A DNA stretch of 20,830 nucleotides from Candidatus Iainarchaeum sp. (GCA_043816965.1 JBDRHK010000009.1:1-20830); one strand, 5' to 3'. Numbered from the stretch's first letter, positions 7,628 through 16,591 are shown. The notes: a model not told the origin generated them from the sequence alone. Numbers and translations: made by a program.

Positions 7628-7932
7628 GGATGTTTTTTGTGACCTGTTCAAGTGTTAGGGAGGCAAAAAAGATTGCAAGGCATCTTCTTGAGGAGAAGAT
7701 GATTGGCTGCGCAAACATTATTCCGAAAATAGATTCATACTTCTGGTGGAACGGCAGAATTGAGAAGGACAGCGAGGCACTGCTTTTGTGCAAAACATTA
7801 AGGAGAAGGTATAGCAGGGTTATTAAGGAGATTAAGAAAATACATTCATACACTGTCCCGAGCATTGAGCTGATTGATGTAAGGGCCGGGAATGAGGATT
7901 ATTTCAAATGGATGGAGACTGTTCTGAAATGA
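7624..7932 (+). CDS. cutA: CutA divalent-cation tolerance protein
   Basis: EAKKIARHLLEEKMIGCANI...SYFWWNG...E...LLCKT...IKKIHSYTVPSI...GNEDYFKW; ATGA overlaps on both sides. Confidence 0.93.
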   Translation: MRMFFVTCSSVREAKKIARHLLEEKMIGCANIIPKIDSYFWWNGRIEKDSEALLLCKTLRRRYSRVIKEIKKIHSYTVPSIELIDVRAGNEDYFKWMETVLK

Positions 7933-9071
7933 AGGGAATTTTTGAGGCATCACTGGCTATTGCGCACGGGGTTAGGTTGTCCAGGCCGCAGGTTATCCCC
8001 ATGTACCCCATAACCCCACAGACACATATTGTGGAAAGGCTGGCCGATATGATTAATGACGGGGATTTGGATGCTGAAATGATTCATGTTGAGTCTGAGC
8101 ATTCGGCATGTTCTGCGTTGATTGGTTCTGTTGCCGCAGGGAGCAGGAGTTTTACAGCAACCGCCTCACAGGGGCTGGCTTACATGTATGAGATTCTCCC
8201 GATTATTTCCGGTTTGAGGCTGCCAACAGTAATGGCAGTTGCAAACAGGTCACTCTCCGCACCATTGAACATTTGGAATGACCATGCAGATGCTGTCAGT
8301 GCAAGGGATCAGGGATGGATTCAGTTATGGGCAGAGAGCAGCCAGGAGGCTTTGGATAGTGTTATTCAGGCATTTAAAATCAGCGAGGACAAGAATGTGC
8401 ATCTCCCTGTTATGGTGAATTTAGATGGTTTTACACTGAGCCATGTATGGGAACCTGTGGATATTCCTGAACAAAAAGAAGTGGATAAATTCCTCCCAAA
8501 ATTCAAATTCGATTATGTTCTTGACCCTAATAAGCCTGTTTCAATAGGAAATGTTGCCACCCCTGACACTTTCATGGAATTCAGGGAGCAACAGGAGAAA
8601 GCTATGCAGGATTCAAGGGCGGTGGTGAAAAAAGTTAATGATGAATACAAAAAGGCATTTGGAAGGGGTTATGGAGATGGATTGCTGGAACTTTATAAGA
8701 TGAAAGATGCTGAGTTTGCGGTTATGGGGATGGGGACCCTGTGCGGAACCGCAAGGGTCGCCATTGATAATTTGAGGAAAAATGGGGTTAAGGCAGGGCT
8801 GATTAAGTTAAGGTGTTTGAGGCCATTCCCTTCAGAGGAATTGGTTAAAGTTACAAAGAATTTGAAGGGATTAAGCATTCTGGACAGGCATATTTCGGCA
8901 GGTTTTGAGGGGCCGCTTTACACTGATGCCAAATCATCCCTTTATGGGAAGAATGAGTTGCAGATTAATAACTACATTGCCGGCCTGGGTGGAAGGGATA
9001 TTACAACAGGGCATATTGAAAAGGCGATTATTGATTTAACAAAAGGGAGGGCTGGCGGATGGCTGAAATGA
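7929..9071 (+). CDS. porA: Pyruvate/2-oxoacid:ferredoxin oxidoreductase alpha subunit
   Basis: YPITPQT, VESEHSA, TATASQGL, NRSLSAPLNIWNDH and GLGGRD. Start placed at the ATGA overlap at 7929. Confidence 0.96.
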   Translation: MKGIFEASLAIAHGVRLSRPQVIPMYPITPQTHIVERLADMINDGDLDAEMIHVESEHSACSALIGSVAAGSRSFTATASQGLAYMYEILPIISGLRLPTVMAVANRSLSAPLNIWNDHADAVSARDQGWIQLWAESSQEALDSVIQAFKISEDKNVHLPVMVNLDGFTLSHVWEPVDIPEQKEVDKFLPKFKFDYVLDPNKPVSIGNVATPDTFMEFREQQEKAMQDSRAVVKKVNDEYKKAFGRGYGDGLLELYKMKDAEFAVMGMGTLCGTARVAIDNLRKNGVKAGLIKLRCLRPFPSEELVKVTKNLKGLSILDRHISAGFEGPLYTDAKSSLYGKNELQINNYIAGLGGRDITTGHIEKAIIDLTKGRAGGWLK

Positions 9072-9976
9072 TTATGGGCCTTCCCAAAGATGAATTCTTC
9101 GCATCAGGGCATAGGGCATGCGCAGGCTGTGCCGAGGTTCTTTCAATCAGGCATATCCTGAAAGCGGCCGGAAAAAACACGATTGTTGTTTCCTCCACAG
9201 GGTGCATGGAGGTTGTTTCATCACAATATCCTGCAACCGCATGGAAAGTCCCCTGGATTCACGGCGCGTTCCAGAATGCCCCCGCAATTGCCTCCGGTGT
9301 TGACAGGTCCCTTAAGGCACAAGGAAGAAGGGATGGAATTAATTTGATTGTTATTGCCGGCGATGGTGCGAGTTTTGACATTGGATTGGGAAGCCTGAGC
9401 GGTGCGCTTGAGAGGGGGCATAAGTTCACTTATATTGCGACAGATAATGAGGCATATATGAACACGGGAATCCAGAGGTCAGGGGCGACATTCCCCTATG
9501 CCGCAACAACCACATCCCCTGCGGGAAAGAAAATCCACGGGAAGCAGGAACCAAAAAAACCATTGCCATTTATTGTTGCCGCGCATGGAATAAGGTATGT
9601 TGCGACCGCGACCCCTGGCAACCTTATTGATTTGCAGAAAAAGGTAAAGAAAGCGCTCGCAGTTGACGGCCCTTCGTTTATCCATAATTTAAACACCTGC
9701 CCTTTGGGCTGGAGGAGCGACCCTGCACAGTCAATTAATCTGATGAAAATTGCGGTGCAGACAACAGTTGCGCCGATTTATGAAATTGAAGATGGAGTTC
9801 TTAAAATTAACCAGAAAATCGGGGATAGGAAGCCTGTTGAGGAATATTTGAAATCACAGGGGAGATTTAAGCACCTTTCCCCGGAAGAAGTGAAGAAGGT
9901 ACAGGAATATGTGGATGCAAGGTATAATTTCCTTTTAGAGAATGACGGGAAGAAATTGTTTGATGTGCTTTATTAG
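9068..9976 (+). CDS. porB: Pyruvate/2-oxoacid:ferredoxin oxidoreductase beta subunit (TPP-binding)
   Basis: GHRACAGC, TGC, TPP motif GDG...DNEAYMNTGIQRS and CPLGW; ATGA overlap with porA. Confidence 0.96.
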   Translation: MIMGLPKDEFFASGHRACAGCAEVLSIRHILKAAGKNTIVVSSTGCMEVVSSQYPATAWKVPWIHGAFQNAPAIASGVDRSLKAQGRRDGINLIVIAGDGASFDIGLGSLSGALERGHKFTYIATDNEAYMNTGIQRSGATFPYAATTTSPAGKKIHGKQEPKKPLPFIVAAHGIRYVATATPGNLIDLQKKVKKALAVDGPSFIHNLNTCPLGWRSDPAQSINLMKIAVQTTVAPIYEIEDGVLKINQKIGDRKPVEEYLKSQGRFKHLSPEEVKKVQEYVDARYNFLLENDGKKLFDVLY

Positions 9977-9984
9977 GTGATGAT

Positions 9985-10323
9985 CTGGCAAGAGCAAAAG
10001 TTGCAAAAAGGCGGGTTGCTGGAAAGCCAAAAACAGGGCTTACAAATAACGCGCGGGGGATTCTTAATGAGGGATTTAAAGTATTCAATGAGCAGATGGC
10101 TGAGGCAAGAAATCTGAGGGATGCCAATAAAATTGTTTCATCTTTTCTGAACAATGTTAGAATGATTGCTGGAGGAGATAATCTTGCTCCCCCAAGGAAG
10201 GAATGGTTAAGAAACCTTGGCGCCGAATTCAGAAAACAGATACTGGCTGCAAAAAATAAGGATGAAGGGCGGCGTGCTTTCAACGCGCTTAAGGACAACC
10301 TTGCAACGATTAAAAGATCTTAG
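9985..10323 (+). CDS. Hypothetical basic protein, possibly initiated at CTG
   Basis: The frame of ORF 10096-10323 is open from 9964. An AGGTGA RBS at 9975-9980 precedes CTG 9985, giving (M)ARAKVAKRRVAGKPK..., 112 aa. The start is uncertain. Confidence 0.55.
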   Translation: MARAKVAKRRVAGKPKTGLTNNARGILNEGFKVFNEQMAEARNLRDANKIVSSFLNNVRMIAGGDNLAPPRKEWLRNLGAEFRKQILAAKNKDEGRRAFNALKDNLATIKRS

Positions 10324-10344
10324 GTTTACAGATTTTAGCAAAAA

Positions 10345-10794
10345 CTAACCGACTTTCCGCAATTTAATTTCTGTCTGCTCCAATAAATCCTTGCTAAGTT
10401 CATCAGGGTATTTATCTGCAAAAACAATTTCTGAGATTCCTGAATTGATGAGGAGTTTAGTGCACATTGAGCATGGGAAATTGGTTGCGTAAAGGGTTCC
10501 TCCCTTAACCGCAACACCAAATTGCGCGGCCTGTGCAATTGCATTGCTCTCAGCATGCGCCCCCCTACAGAGCTCATGCCTCTCACCACTTGGAACATTG
10601 TTCTTCTCGCGAAGGCACTCCCCCAATTCAAGGCAGCTTTTAACGCCCGAGGGGGCGCCATTGTATCCTGTTGAGAGAACCTTTTTCTCCCGGACAATTA
10701 CTGCCCCTACCTTTCTCCTTAAACAGGTGGAGCGTTCAGAGGCTAGCTTTGCCATCTTCATGAAATAATTATCCCAGGAAATCCTATCAGACAT
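10345..10794 (-). CDS. dCMP deaminase (ComEB-like, Zn-dependent)
   Basis: [33 protein letters not shown] and PCSMC. Confidence 0.95.
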   Translation of the reverse strand: MSDRISWDNYFMKMAKLASERSTCLRRKVGAVIVREKKVLSTGYNGAPSGVKSCLELGECLREKNNVPSGERHELCRGAHAESNAIAQAAQFGVAVKGGTLYATNFPCSMCTKLLINSGISEIVFADKYPDELSKDLLEQTEIKLRKVG

Positions 10795-10853
10795 AAATAG
10801 AATGGGTTGGAAAAGTATTTAATTCTACATTGTCTGCGATAATCCAATCTAAA

Positions 10854-11339
10854 TTATTCTCCTAATTTTTCTTTAATTCGTTCAAAATGATTAAGCCACA
10901 TTTGATTAATGCGGCGCATAATTCCAATCATTTCGTGTGTCTTTATTAAATGCGGGGTGTATGCTTCAGACCTATCTGCAGTATAGATTCTTGCGGCATA
11001 ATCTTCAGAGAAAATTTGTACTGATTCCCTATAAAGAGTTTGTAACAATTCTTGAGCTTTATCTACTTGCGCCTTTGTTTCCCCATAGCTTACTTTTTTC
11101 TTATCTGGCGCTTTCGTTCTCTGGCCCAAAAAATCCTGAATTTCATGTAGAGATGTAATTACTGATTCACTCTTTTGATAATATTCCTCTAGAGATTTGG
11201 AGCGTTCCAAAGTTCCCTTTAAAAGAAAAGAACGGGTAAACCATCTTTTGTTTTCTTTGAACCAATCATCACCATATTTAACTTTTATGGGTTTTTTCAT
11301 TTTAAATAATGGTTCTAGCTTCTTAAGAAATTTAAACAT
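10854..11339 (-). CDS. Hypothetical protein (orphan, predicted mostly helical)
   Basis: Long AT-rich ORF filling the purM-deaminase gap. The start is uncertain: TTG 11396, ATG 11339 or ATG 11300. Confidence 0.65.
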   Translation of the reverse strand: MFKFLKKLEPLFKMKKPIKVKYGDDWFKENKRWFTRSFLLKGTLERSKSLEEYYQKSESVITSLHEIQDFLGQRTKAPDKKKVSYGETKAQVDKAQELLQTLYRESVQIFSEDYAARIYTADRSEAYTPHLIKTHEMIGIMRRINQMWLNHFERIKEKLGE

Positions 11340-11414
11340 AAAAATTGATATTTCGGAAGTAAATTTATTCCTTTGCCTTTTCTCTTTTTTGTTCAAAAAT
11401 CAGAATTATGTAAG

Positions 11415-12446
11415 TCATTCAACCAGCTGGACGCCTTTGCCAGAAACTACTTCACCTATAATCGATGCGTTTAAGGAGTGCTTATTTGCCAGTTCCTGTA
11501 TTATATTTCCGGCATCATCAGATGAGGCGACAAGCACAAGGCCTATTCCCATATTGAAAACCTTGAACATTTCCACATCATCAACCTTCCCATTTGCCTT
11601 GATAAGGCGAAATATTTTTGGGACCTTAATTTTGGATTTCAGGATTTTTGCGCCAAGGCCTTTTGGGAGGGCTCTTGGAACATTGTCAACCAATCCTCCC
11701 CCAGTTATGTGCGCAATTCCATTTATCTTATACTTCTTTCTCAGTGCAAGCACCTCGGCAGAATAACTCCTGTGAACTTTCAATAGCTCCTCGCCCAAAG
11801 TGCACCCCAGTTCTTTTATGGGGACATTTAATTCATAATTCGCAATCTCAAGAAGGATTTTTCTCGCGAGGGAGTAGCCGTTTGTGTGCAAGCCGTTTGA
11901 CTCCAGGCCAATAAGCACATCCCCTTTTTTTATCTTTGAACCGTTAAAAATCTCATCCTTATCCGCAACACCGATAATGCACCCCACAACATCATGCTCG
12001 TTTTCAGCGTAAACCCCTGGCATCTCCGCAGTTTCGCCCCCTAAAAGGGGAATCCCCAATTCAACACAGGCCTCACTCATTCCCTTAACTATGCTTTCAA
12101 CAATTTCAGGCTCAAGTTTTGAGGAGGCGATGTAATCCAGGAAAAACAATGGCCTAGCACCGCTGCATAAAATGTCATTTGCGCAATGGTTCACCAAATC
12201 CTTTCCTATTGTGTCCCATTTGTTTACTGCGGCAGCGATTTTAGTCTTTGTGCCCACACCATCGATGCTGGAAACAAGGGCAGGAGAGTTCATTTTTTTA
12301 AGTGAGGAAACGTCAATTGCGCCCCCAAAGGCACCAACACCAAGCAGGACATCTTTTGTAAGTGTTTTCTTTACATGTTTCTTGAATTTTGAGGTGGCCA
12401 GGCTGGCAGCAGCGATATTAACCCCCGCATCCTTATAACTGGCCAT
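11415..12446 (-). CDS. purM: Phosphoribosylformylglycinamidine cyclo-ligase (AIR synthetase)
   Basis: YKDAGVNI, DGVGTK, GARPLFFLDY, GGETAEMPG, SNGLHTNGYSL, HITGGG and FNMGIG. Confidence 0.97.
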   Translation of the reverse strand: MASYKDAGVNIAAASLATSKFKKHVKKTLTKDVLLGVGAFGGAIDVSSLKKMNSPALVSSIDGVGTKTKIAAAVNKWDTIGKDLVNHCANDILCSGARPLFFLDYIASSKLEPEIVESIVKGMSEACVELGIPLLGGETAEMPGVYAENEHDVVGCIIGVADKDEIFNGSKIKKGDVLIGLESNGLHTNGYSLARKILLEIANYELNVPIKELGCTLGEELLKVHRSYSAEVLALRKKYKINGIAHITGGGLVDNVPRALPKGLGAKILKSKIKVPKIFRLIKANGKVDDVEMFKVFNMGIGLVLVASSDDAGNIIQELANKHSLNASIIGEVVSGKGVQLVE

Positions 12447-13814
12447 TTACTTCAACTCTTTCTTCCAGTAGCTGCAGACCTGCTCGGTTTTCCTCACACT
12501 CAAACCAATATATCTCTCAGGGTTCTGGATTAATTCCTTTTCATCCTTAGTGAATTGCCTCAAAAATTTAAGCAGCTTTTTGTCCTTCATTGCCAGATCA
12601 TATACCCCTTCGCCTGTTTTATAGGACTCGAGTGCCAGTTTTCTTACGCTTTCGTGGGCATCGGAGTGTTTGTATTTTGCAAGGATTATATACAAAGGTT
12701 CTGCAACAACAATCTCCTTAAAGAGATTGAAATTCTTTTCAATATTTTCCCTGTCAACAACCATCTTCTCCATAACACTGTCCATCCTATCTGTGGAGGA
12801 AATCAAGCCGGCAAAAATTTCAGGTATGAAGCGTGCGGAGGCTGAATTGGTTAGGTCCCTCTGATGCTCGCTGATTGCGTCCATGTAGATTGTGCTCATC
12901 CTTGGCATAAACTCCTTCCATAAACTTTTCACATTCTCGAAATTGATGGGGTTCCTTTTCTGCGGCATTGTGCTGCTCCCCACCTGCTTGCTCCCGAAAT
13001 ACTCACCAACCTCTGCAATCTCTGACCTCTGCAGATTCCTCATGTCATCGGCAAGGTTTGCAAGAACTGAAAACGTTCCAATCAGGGTGTGAATTAAATC
13101 CTGCAGAGATTCTGGCTCAACAATTTGCGTGGAATGTGTTGAAACTTTCAGGCCCAAATCATCCATTATATCCTTTTCCAATTTCTGCGGATTTTTAACC
13201 AAAAGAGAGGAGGCATTGTAGGAGCCAACCGCCCCTGAAAACTTCCCGCACAAATTATCCTTTGCCCACTCAATTGCCTTAATCCTGTTTCCTAACCTAC
13301 TCACATATTCACTCAGCGCAAAGCCAAATGTGACTGGAGAGGCATGCTGCCCATGGGTCCTCCCTATCTGGACAACCTTTTTGTTTCTCAGTGCAAGTTT
13401 TATCAGGGTTTTTTCCAGGGCCTTTAGTTTTGGAAGAATTAATTTTTCAGTCGTCTCCTTGTAACGGAGCGCGGATGCTGTGTCAACAATATCATAGGAT
13501 GTTGCGGAAAAATGGACAAATGGTTTTGCCTCCTTTGATACCCTTTTCCTAATCATGTTTGCAAGTGCCCGTACATCATGCTTAATCTTCTTCTCCTCGG
13601 CATAAACCTCCTTGGCCTTAACTTTCATTGCGGCATTTTCAATCTGCTTTGCAATTTTCCCGGAGCAGATTCCGTTTTTTGCAAGCGCCTTCGCAAGAGC
13701 TGCTTCCACTCTTGCCTGGTATTTTATCCTTGCATTTTCCGAAAGGTATTCGGCAATATCTTTCCCGGTTCCATATCTGTAATCCAGCGGAGAAATAGCA
13801 TCAAACTTGTCCAT
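12447..13814 (-). CDS. purB: Adenylosuccinate lyase
   Basis: ISPLDYRY, KHDV, TSYDIVDT, GRTHGQHA, GSSTMPQKRNP and EHQRDLTNS. Confidence 0.97.
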   Translation of the reverse strand: MDKFDAISPLDYRYGTGKDIAEYLSENARIKYQARVEAALAKALAKNGICSGKIAKQIENAAMKVKAKEVYAEEKKIKHDVRALANMIRKRVSKEAKPFVHFSATSYDIVDTASALRYKETTEKLILPKLKALEKTLIKLALRNKKVVQIGRTHGQHASPVTFGFALSEYVSRLGNRIKAIEWAKDNLCGKFSGAVGSYNASSLLVKNPQKLEKDIMDDLGLKVSTHSTQIVEPESLQDLIHTLIGTFSVLANLADDMRNLQRSEIAEVGEYFGSKQVGSSTMPQKRNPINFENVKSLWKEFMPRMSTIYMDAISEHQRDLTNSASARFIPEIFAGLISSTDRMDSVMEKMVVDRENIEKNFNLFKEIVVAEPLYIILAKYKHSDAHESVRKLALESYKTGEGVYDLAMKDKKLLKFLRQFTKDEKELIQNPERYIGLSVRKTEQVCSYWKKELK

Positions 13815-13859
13815 AAGCTCACCTGATAATATTGTGATTTTTAAGGCTTTTAATGTTAA

Positions 13860-14822
13860 CTACTTCCCTTTTTCAAGGAATTCAAGGTAACTGTCAACAA
13901 CTTCATAAATCTTTGGCGAACCCCAGATTTTTTCCCCAATCCATGCCTCGCAAACTGACTTGTACATGTTGGATGCAATTTCCTTCATTTCTGCAGGGAG
14001 GAGTTCAGGTTTGGGGTAATTTTCCTTTCCAACGCCTGATTTCATTGCCGCCATTAGCTCCCCATACCAGGGGGTGGTTTTATAATAATCCCTCAAAACC
14101 TGCTTGCTTACATGGACATTGTTGAAAAGCATCCTGTTCTCATCTAGAGTTCCACAAACATCAACAAGCATTGGCTTGTTTTCGGGAGTAATCGCATATT
14201 CCACTTTCCCATCCGCATGCACCAAACCAACAGCTGCAGCCTTTTCAGTGATGAAATTATTTATTATTTTTGTCCAGATTTTAAGTTCCTCGAGTTGATG
14301 GTCCTCAATTGCCGCCAGTTCCTGCGCCTCATGCCATGTGAGATAGCGGTCGGTTTCCTCAAGTTTTGTGGAAACATCGATAAATGGCTTTGGCAGAATT
14401 TCCCCCGGCCTGGGCAGGTGTTCCAAACCCATATCGCTTGGCTTCAGCTGACCTGAATCCAGGCGCTTGAAAACGCTGCTCCCTGAAGGCAAAGAGTTGC
14501 GGAACATTACCTCCAATGGAACCAAATAATTCTTTGTCTCATTGTTCACTTCCCCCTTCTGCGGGAAAAGTACCCTCACCAGATTAACTTCCATTTCGTT
14601 TCCTGAAACCAGCTTACGGAAGTGGGTTTTAATGCCCTTCTTCCCCAGCTGCTCAAAATTGTAGGCGGCCATCCTGCACAATGCCTCTCCTTTTCCAGGG
14701 AGGGTTTCAGGCATCTTCCCATAATCAAATATTGAGTAATCGTCGGTGAATGAAAAAACACCTATCCCCATTTCATTCTCGGTGACAGCCTTTGAAACTG
14801 TGAGGTTTTTTACGCTCCCCAT
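13860..14822 (-). CDS. purC: SAICAR synthetase (long form)
   Basis: MGSVKNL, FTDDYSIFDYGKMP, VPLEVMFRN, STKLEETD, DGKVE, DVCGTLDENR and SKQVLR. Confidence 0.95.
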   Translation of the reverse strand: MGSVKNLTVSKAVTENEMGIGVFSFTDDYSIFDYGKMPETLPGKGEALCRMAAYNFEQLGKKGIKTHFRKLVSGNEMEVNLVRVLFPQKGEVNNETKNYLVPLEVMFRNSLPSGSSVFKRLDSGQLKPSDMGLEHLPRPGEILPKPFIDVSTKLEETDRYLTWHEAQELAAIEDHQLEELKIWTKIINNFITEKAAAVGLVHADGKVEYAITPENKPMLVDVCGTLDENRMLFNNVHVSKQVLRDYYKTTPWYGELMAAMKSGVGKENYPKPELLPAEMKEIASNMYKSVCEAWIGEKIWGSPKIYEVVDSYLEFLEKGK

Positions 14823-15646
14823 TATGCCTTGCTCCCTTCTTTTTTGTCAATCTCCAAAAGCTGCTCCCTGAGCCTAACCCTGTGTTCAATCAATTTGTCT
14901 GAATATGCGTCATTGAAATTCAACAGCTGGATTGCGCCAAGCGCCGCATTTGCGCCATTGTTTAATCCCACCCATAAATTCTTGCTGCTTGCATTCAAAA
15001 CCTTCATCGCATCCTGCTTTGTTGAGCTTTCTGCAACAGGGCAGACAATTACAGTGGCCTCGGATTTTGAAACCAGTTCAATCTCATCCATCGGGACAAA
15101 ATCAACATATAGTTCTGTTAAACTGCTGTACTTTGGGCTTTTTTCTGTCTTGAATTTGATGCCAAAATCCCTCAGGATTCCCTCGCACCTGTTAAAGGTT
15201 TCTGTTAATTTGCTTTCATTATCCCTTTGAATCAGGGTAATTCCGGAAAAGCCGGTTAAATAATTATGGACATGCCTAACCGCCTCCTTTCCCTGGTTTA
15301 CGCCAACCCCTAAAACAGGAACCCCGGGGGGCATTTGGTGGATTGAAAGCAGGGCATCCAAACCCTCATAAGAGCCATTTGAAGGAACCCCTATAACCGG
15401 ATTTACAACTGTTGAGGCAACCGCCCCAGGGAGGGCTGCTGCAAGGCCTGCGCCCGCAATTACAATTTTAGCCTCACTCTGGTGCAGGGCAGTATCCAGT
15501 TCTTTCGGGGTTTTATGGGCTGAAAGGATTCTTAAACTATAATTTATTTTATAGTCCCACAATGCCTCAATTATCGGGTTATATGTGCCTGAATCCGAAA
15601 CAGAACCAAAAATAACCAGCACATCTTCCAATTGCTCACCAATCAA
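14822..15646 (-). CDS. purE: AIR carboxylase / N5-CAIR mutase PurE with an extra degenerate PurE-like C-terminal domain
   Basis: GSVSD, SAHKTP, IAGAGLAAALPG, PVIGVP and GLDALLSIHQMPPGVPV. 274 aa versus the usual ~160-170. TAATG overlap with purC; TTG start. Confidence 0.92.
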   Translation of the reverse strand: MIGEQLEDVLVIFGSVSDSGTYNPIIEALWDYKINYSLRILSAHKTPKELDTALHQSEAKIVIAGAGLAAALPGAVASTVVNPVIGVPSNGSYEGLDALLSIHQMPPGVPVLGVGVNQGKEAVRHVHNYLTGFSGITLIQRDNESKLTETFNRCEGILRDFGIKFKTEKSPKYSSLTELYVDFVPMDEIELVSKSEATVIVCPVAESSTKQDAMKVLNASSKNLWVGLNNGANAALGAIQLLNFNDAYSDKLIEHRVRLREQLLEIDKKEGSKA

Positions 15647-15690
15647 ATTAGGGGATGTAAGTGATTTAAATATATGTGGGGGGACTTGAA

Positions 15691-16215
15691 TTACCTTCTA
15701 TGTGGCGGGAGAGGGGGGCCAAAAGGTTTTTTTCTCATAATATTTTTTCCATTTTTTATAGGAGATTCTCTTAATTTATCTAATAATTTAATAATTCCCT
15801 TTCTACTGAGATTAGAACGAGGAATAAATAAGAAATCTTTTTTCTCATCCAATGGCAAAAATGCTACAAGCGAAAATACAACTTCTTTCTTATCTTTTAG
15901 AGGCAAATCAAGACTGGGTCCGAGAAAACTAATTCCCTCTTTTTTCATAATGTCCTCCAGATATGCGCCCAGAGCAGGGCATAATTCTAAATTTTCAAAT
16001 CTTTTTTTGAATTCTATCGTTTGTAGGAAATTTGATGGAAGTTTAATTCCATCATTTCTTAAGGCAAGGACTTTTTCCCCGCCTACTTCTCTAATTGTGC
16101 CTTCAATAGATGCCATCTTTACTTTATTTCTTTCAGCCCATACCTTAATTTTCCTGTCTTTTCCTTCCCCATTAACTTCATGCTTAAGTTCCCATTTGAT
16201 ATAGTCAGGATCCAT
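15691..16215 (-). CDS. Hypothetical protein (orphan; weak degenerate GNAT-like resemblance)
   Basis: 174-aa AT-rich ORF with an upstream TTTATATA box and a basic Pro-rich tail (RKKPFGPPLPPHRR). Confidence 0.65.
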   Translation of the reverse strand: MDPDYIKWELKHEVNGEGKDRKIKVWAERNKVKMASIEGTIREVGGEKVLALRNDGIKLPSNFLQTIEFKKRFENLELCPALGAYLEDIMKKEGISFLGPSLDLPLKDKKEVVFSLVAFLPLDEKKDFLFIPRSNLSRKGIIKLLDKLRESPIKNGKNIMRKKPFGPPLPPHRR

Positions 16216-16288
16216 GCGAAATATTAGGGATTACCAATATATAAATGTTTCAAGGATTTTTGAAAAACAAAATTTTAAAAATAGACCC

Positions 16289-16591
16289 TTATTCAATTAC
16301 AAATTTATGTTTGTCATATTTGCTTTTATAGCTTCTTTGTTTCTTTCGGGGCTTGGCGATTCTCTTATCCGGGCCATTATATAGGGTCTTCTCCCGCCCC
16401 CAGTTGAATCTGGTTATTTTAATATTCCCATTTGGAAGTTTCTCGATTTTTTGCCCTCTGGTGTCTCGGCCCTTTCTCCTATTAGCTCTTGAAACAGCAC
16501 TTCTTCGTTCTTCCCCTTTACGTATTAACTTATCAGGACCAGACACTCTTTCCTGAAATGTCCTTACTTGTAATCTTTGCCTTGGGCTCAT
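16289..16591 (-). CDS. Hypothetical Arg/Lys-rich protein
   Basis: 100-aa ORF with a GAAGTGA RBS-like sequence upstream; fills the gap before the divergent purA. Confidence 0.6.
   Translation of the reverse strand: MSPRQRLQVRTFQERVSGPDKLIRKGEERRSAVSRANRRKGRDTRGQKIEKLPNGNIKITRFNWGREKTLYNGPDKRIAKPRKKQRSYKSKYDKHKFVIE

Noticed and set aside
9867..10298. 143-aa minus-strand ORF
   Set aside because: Overlaps porB antisense. The plus-strand frame has an RBS and a more protein-like composition.
15674..16204. 176-aa plus-strand ORF
   Set aside because: Phe/Ser/Leu-rich mirror of the Lys/Glu-rich minus-strand ORF 15691-16215.
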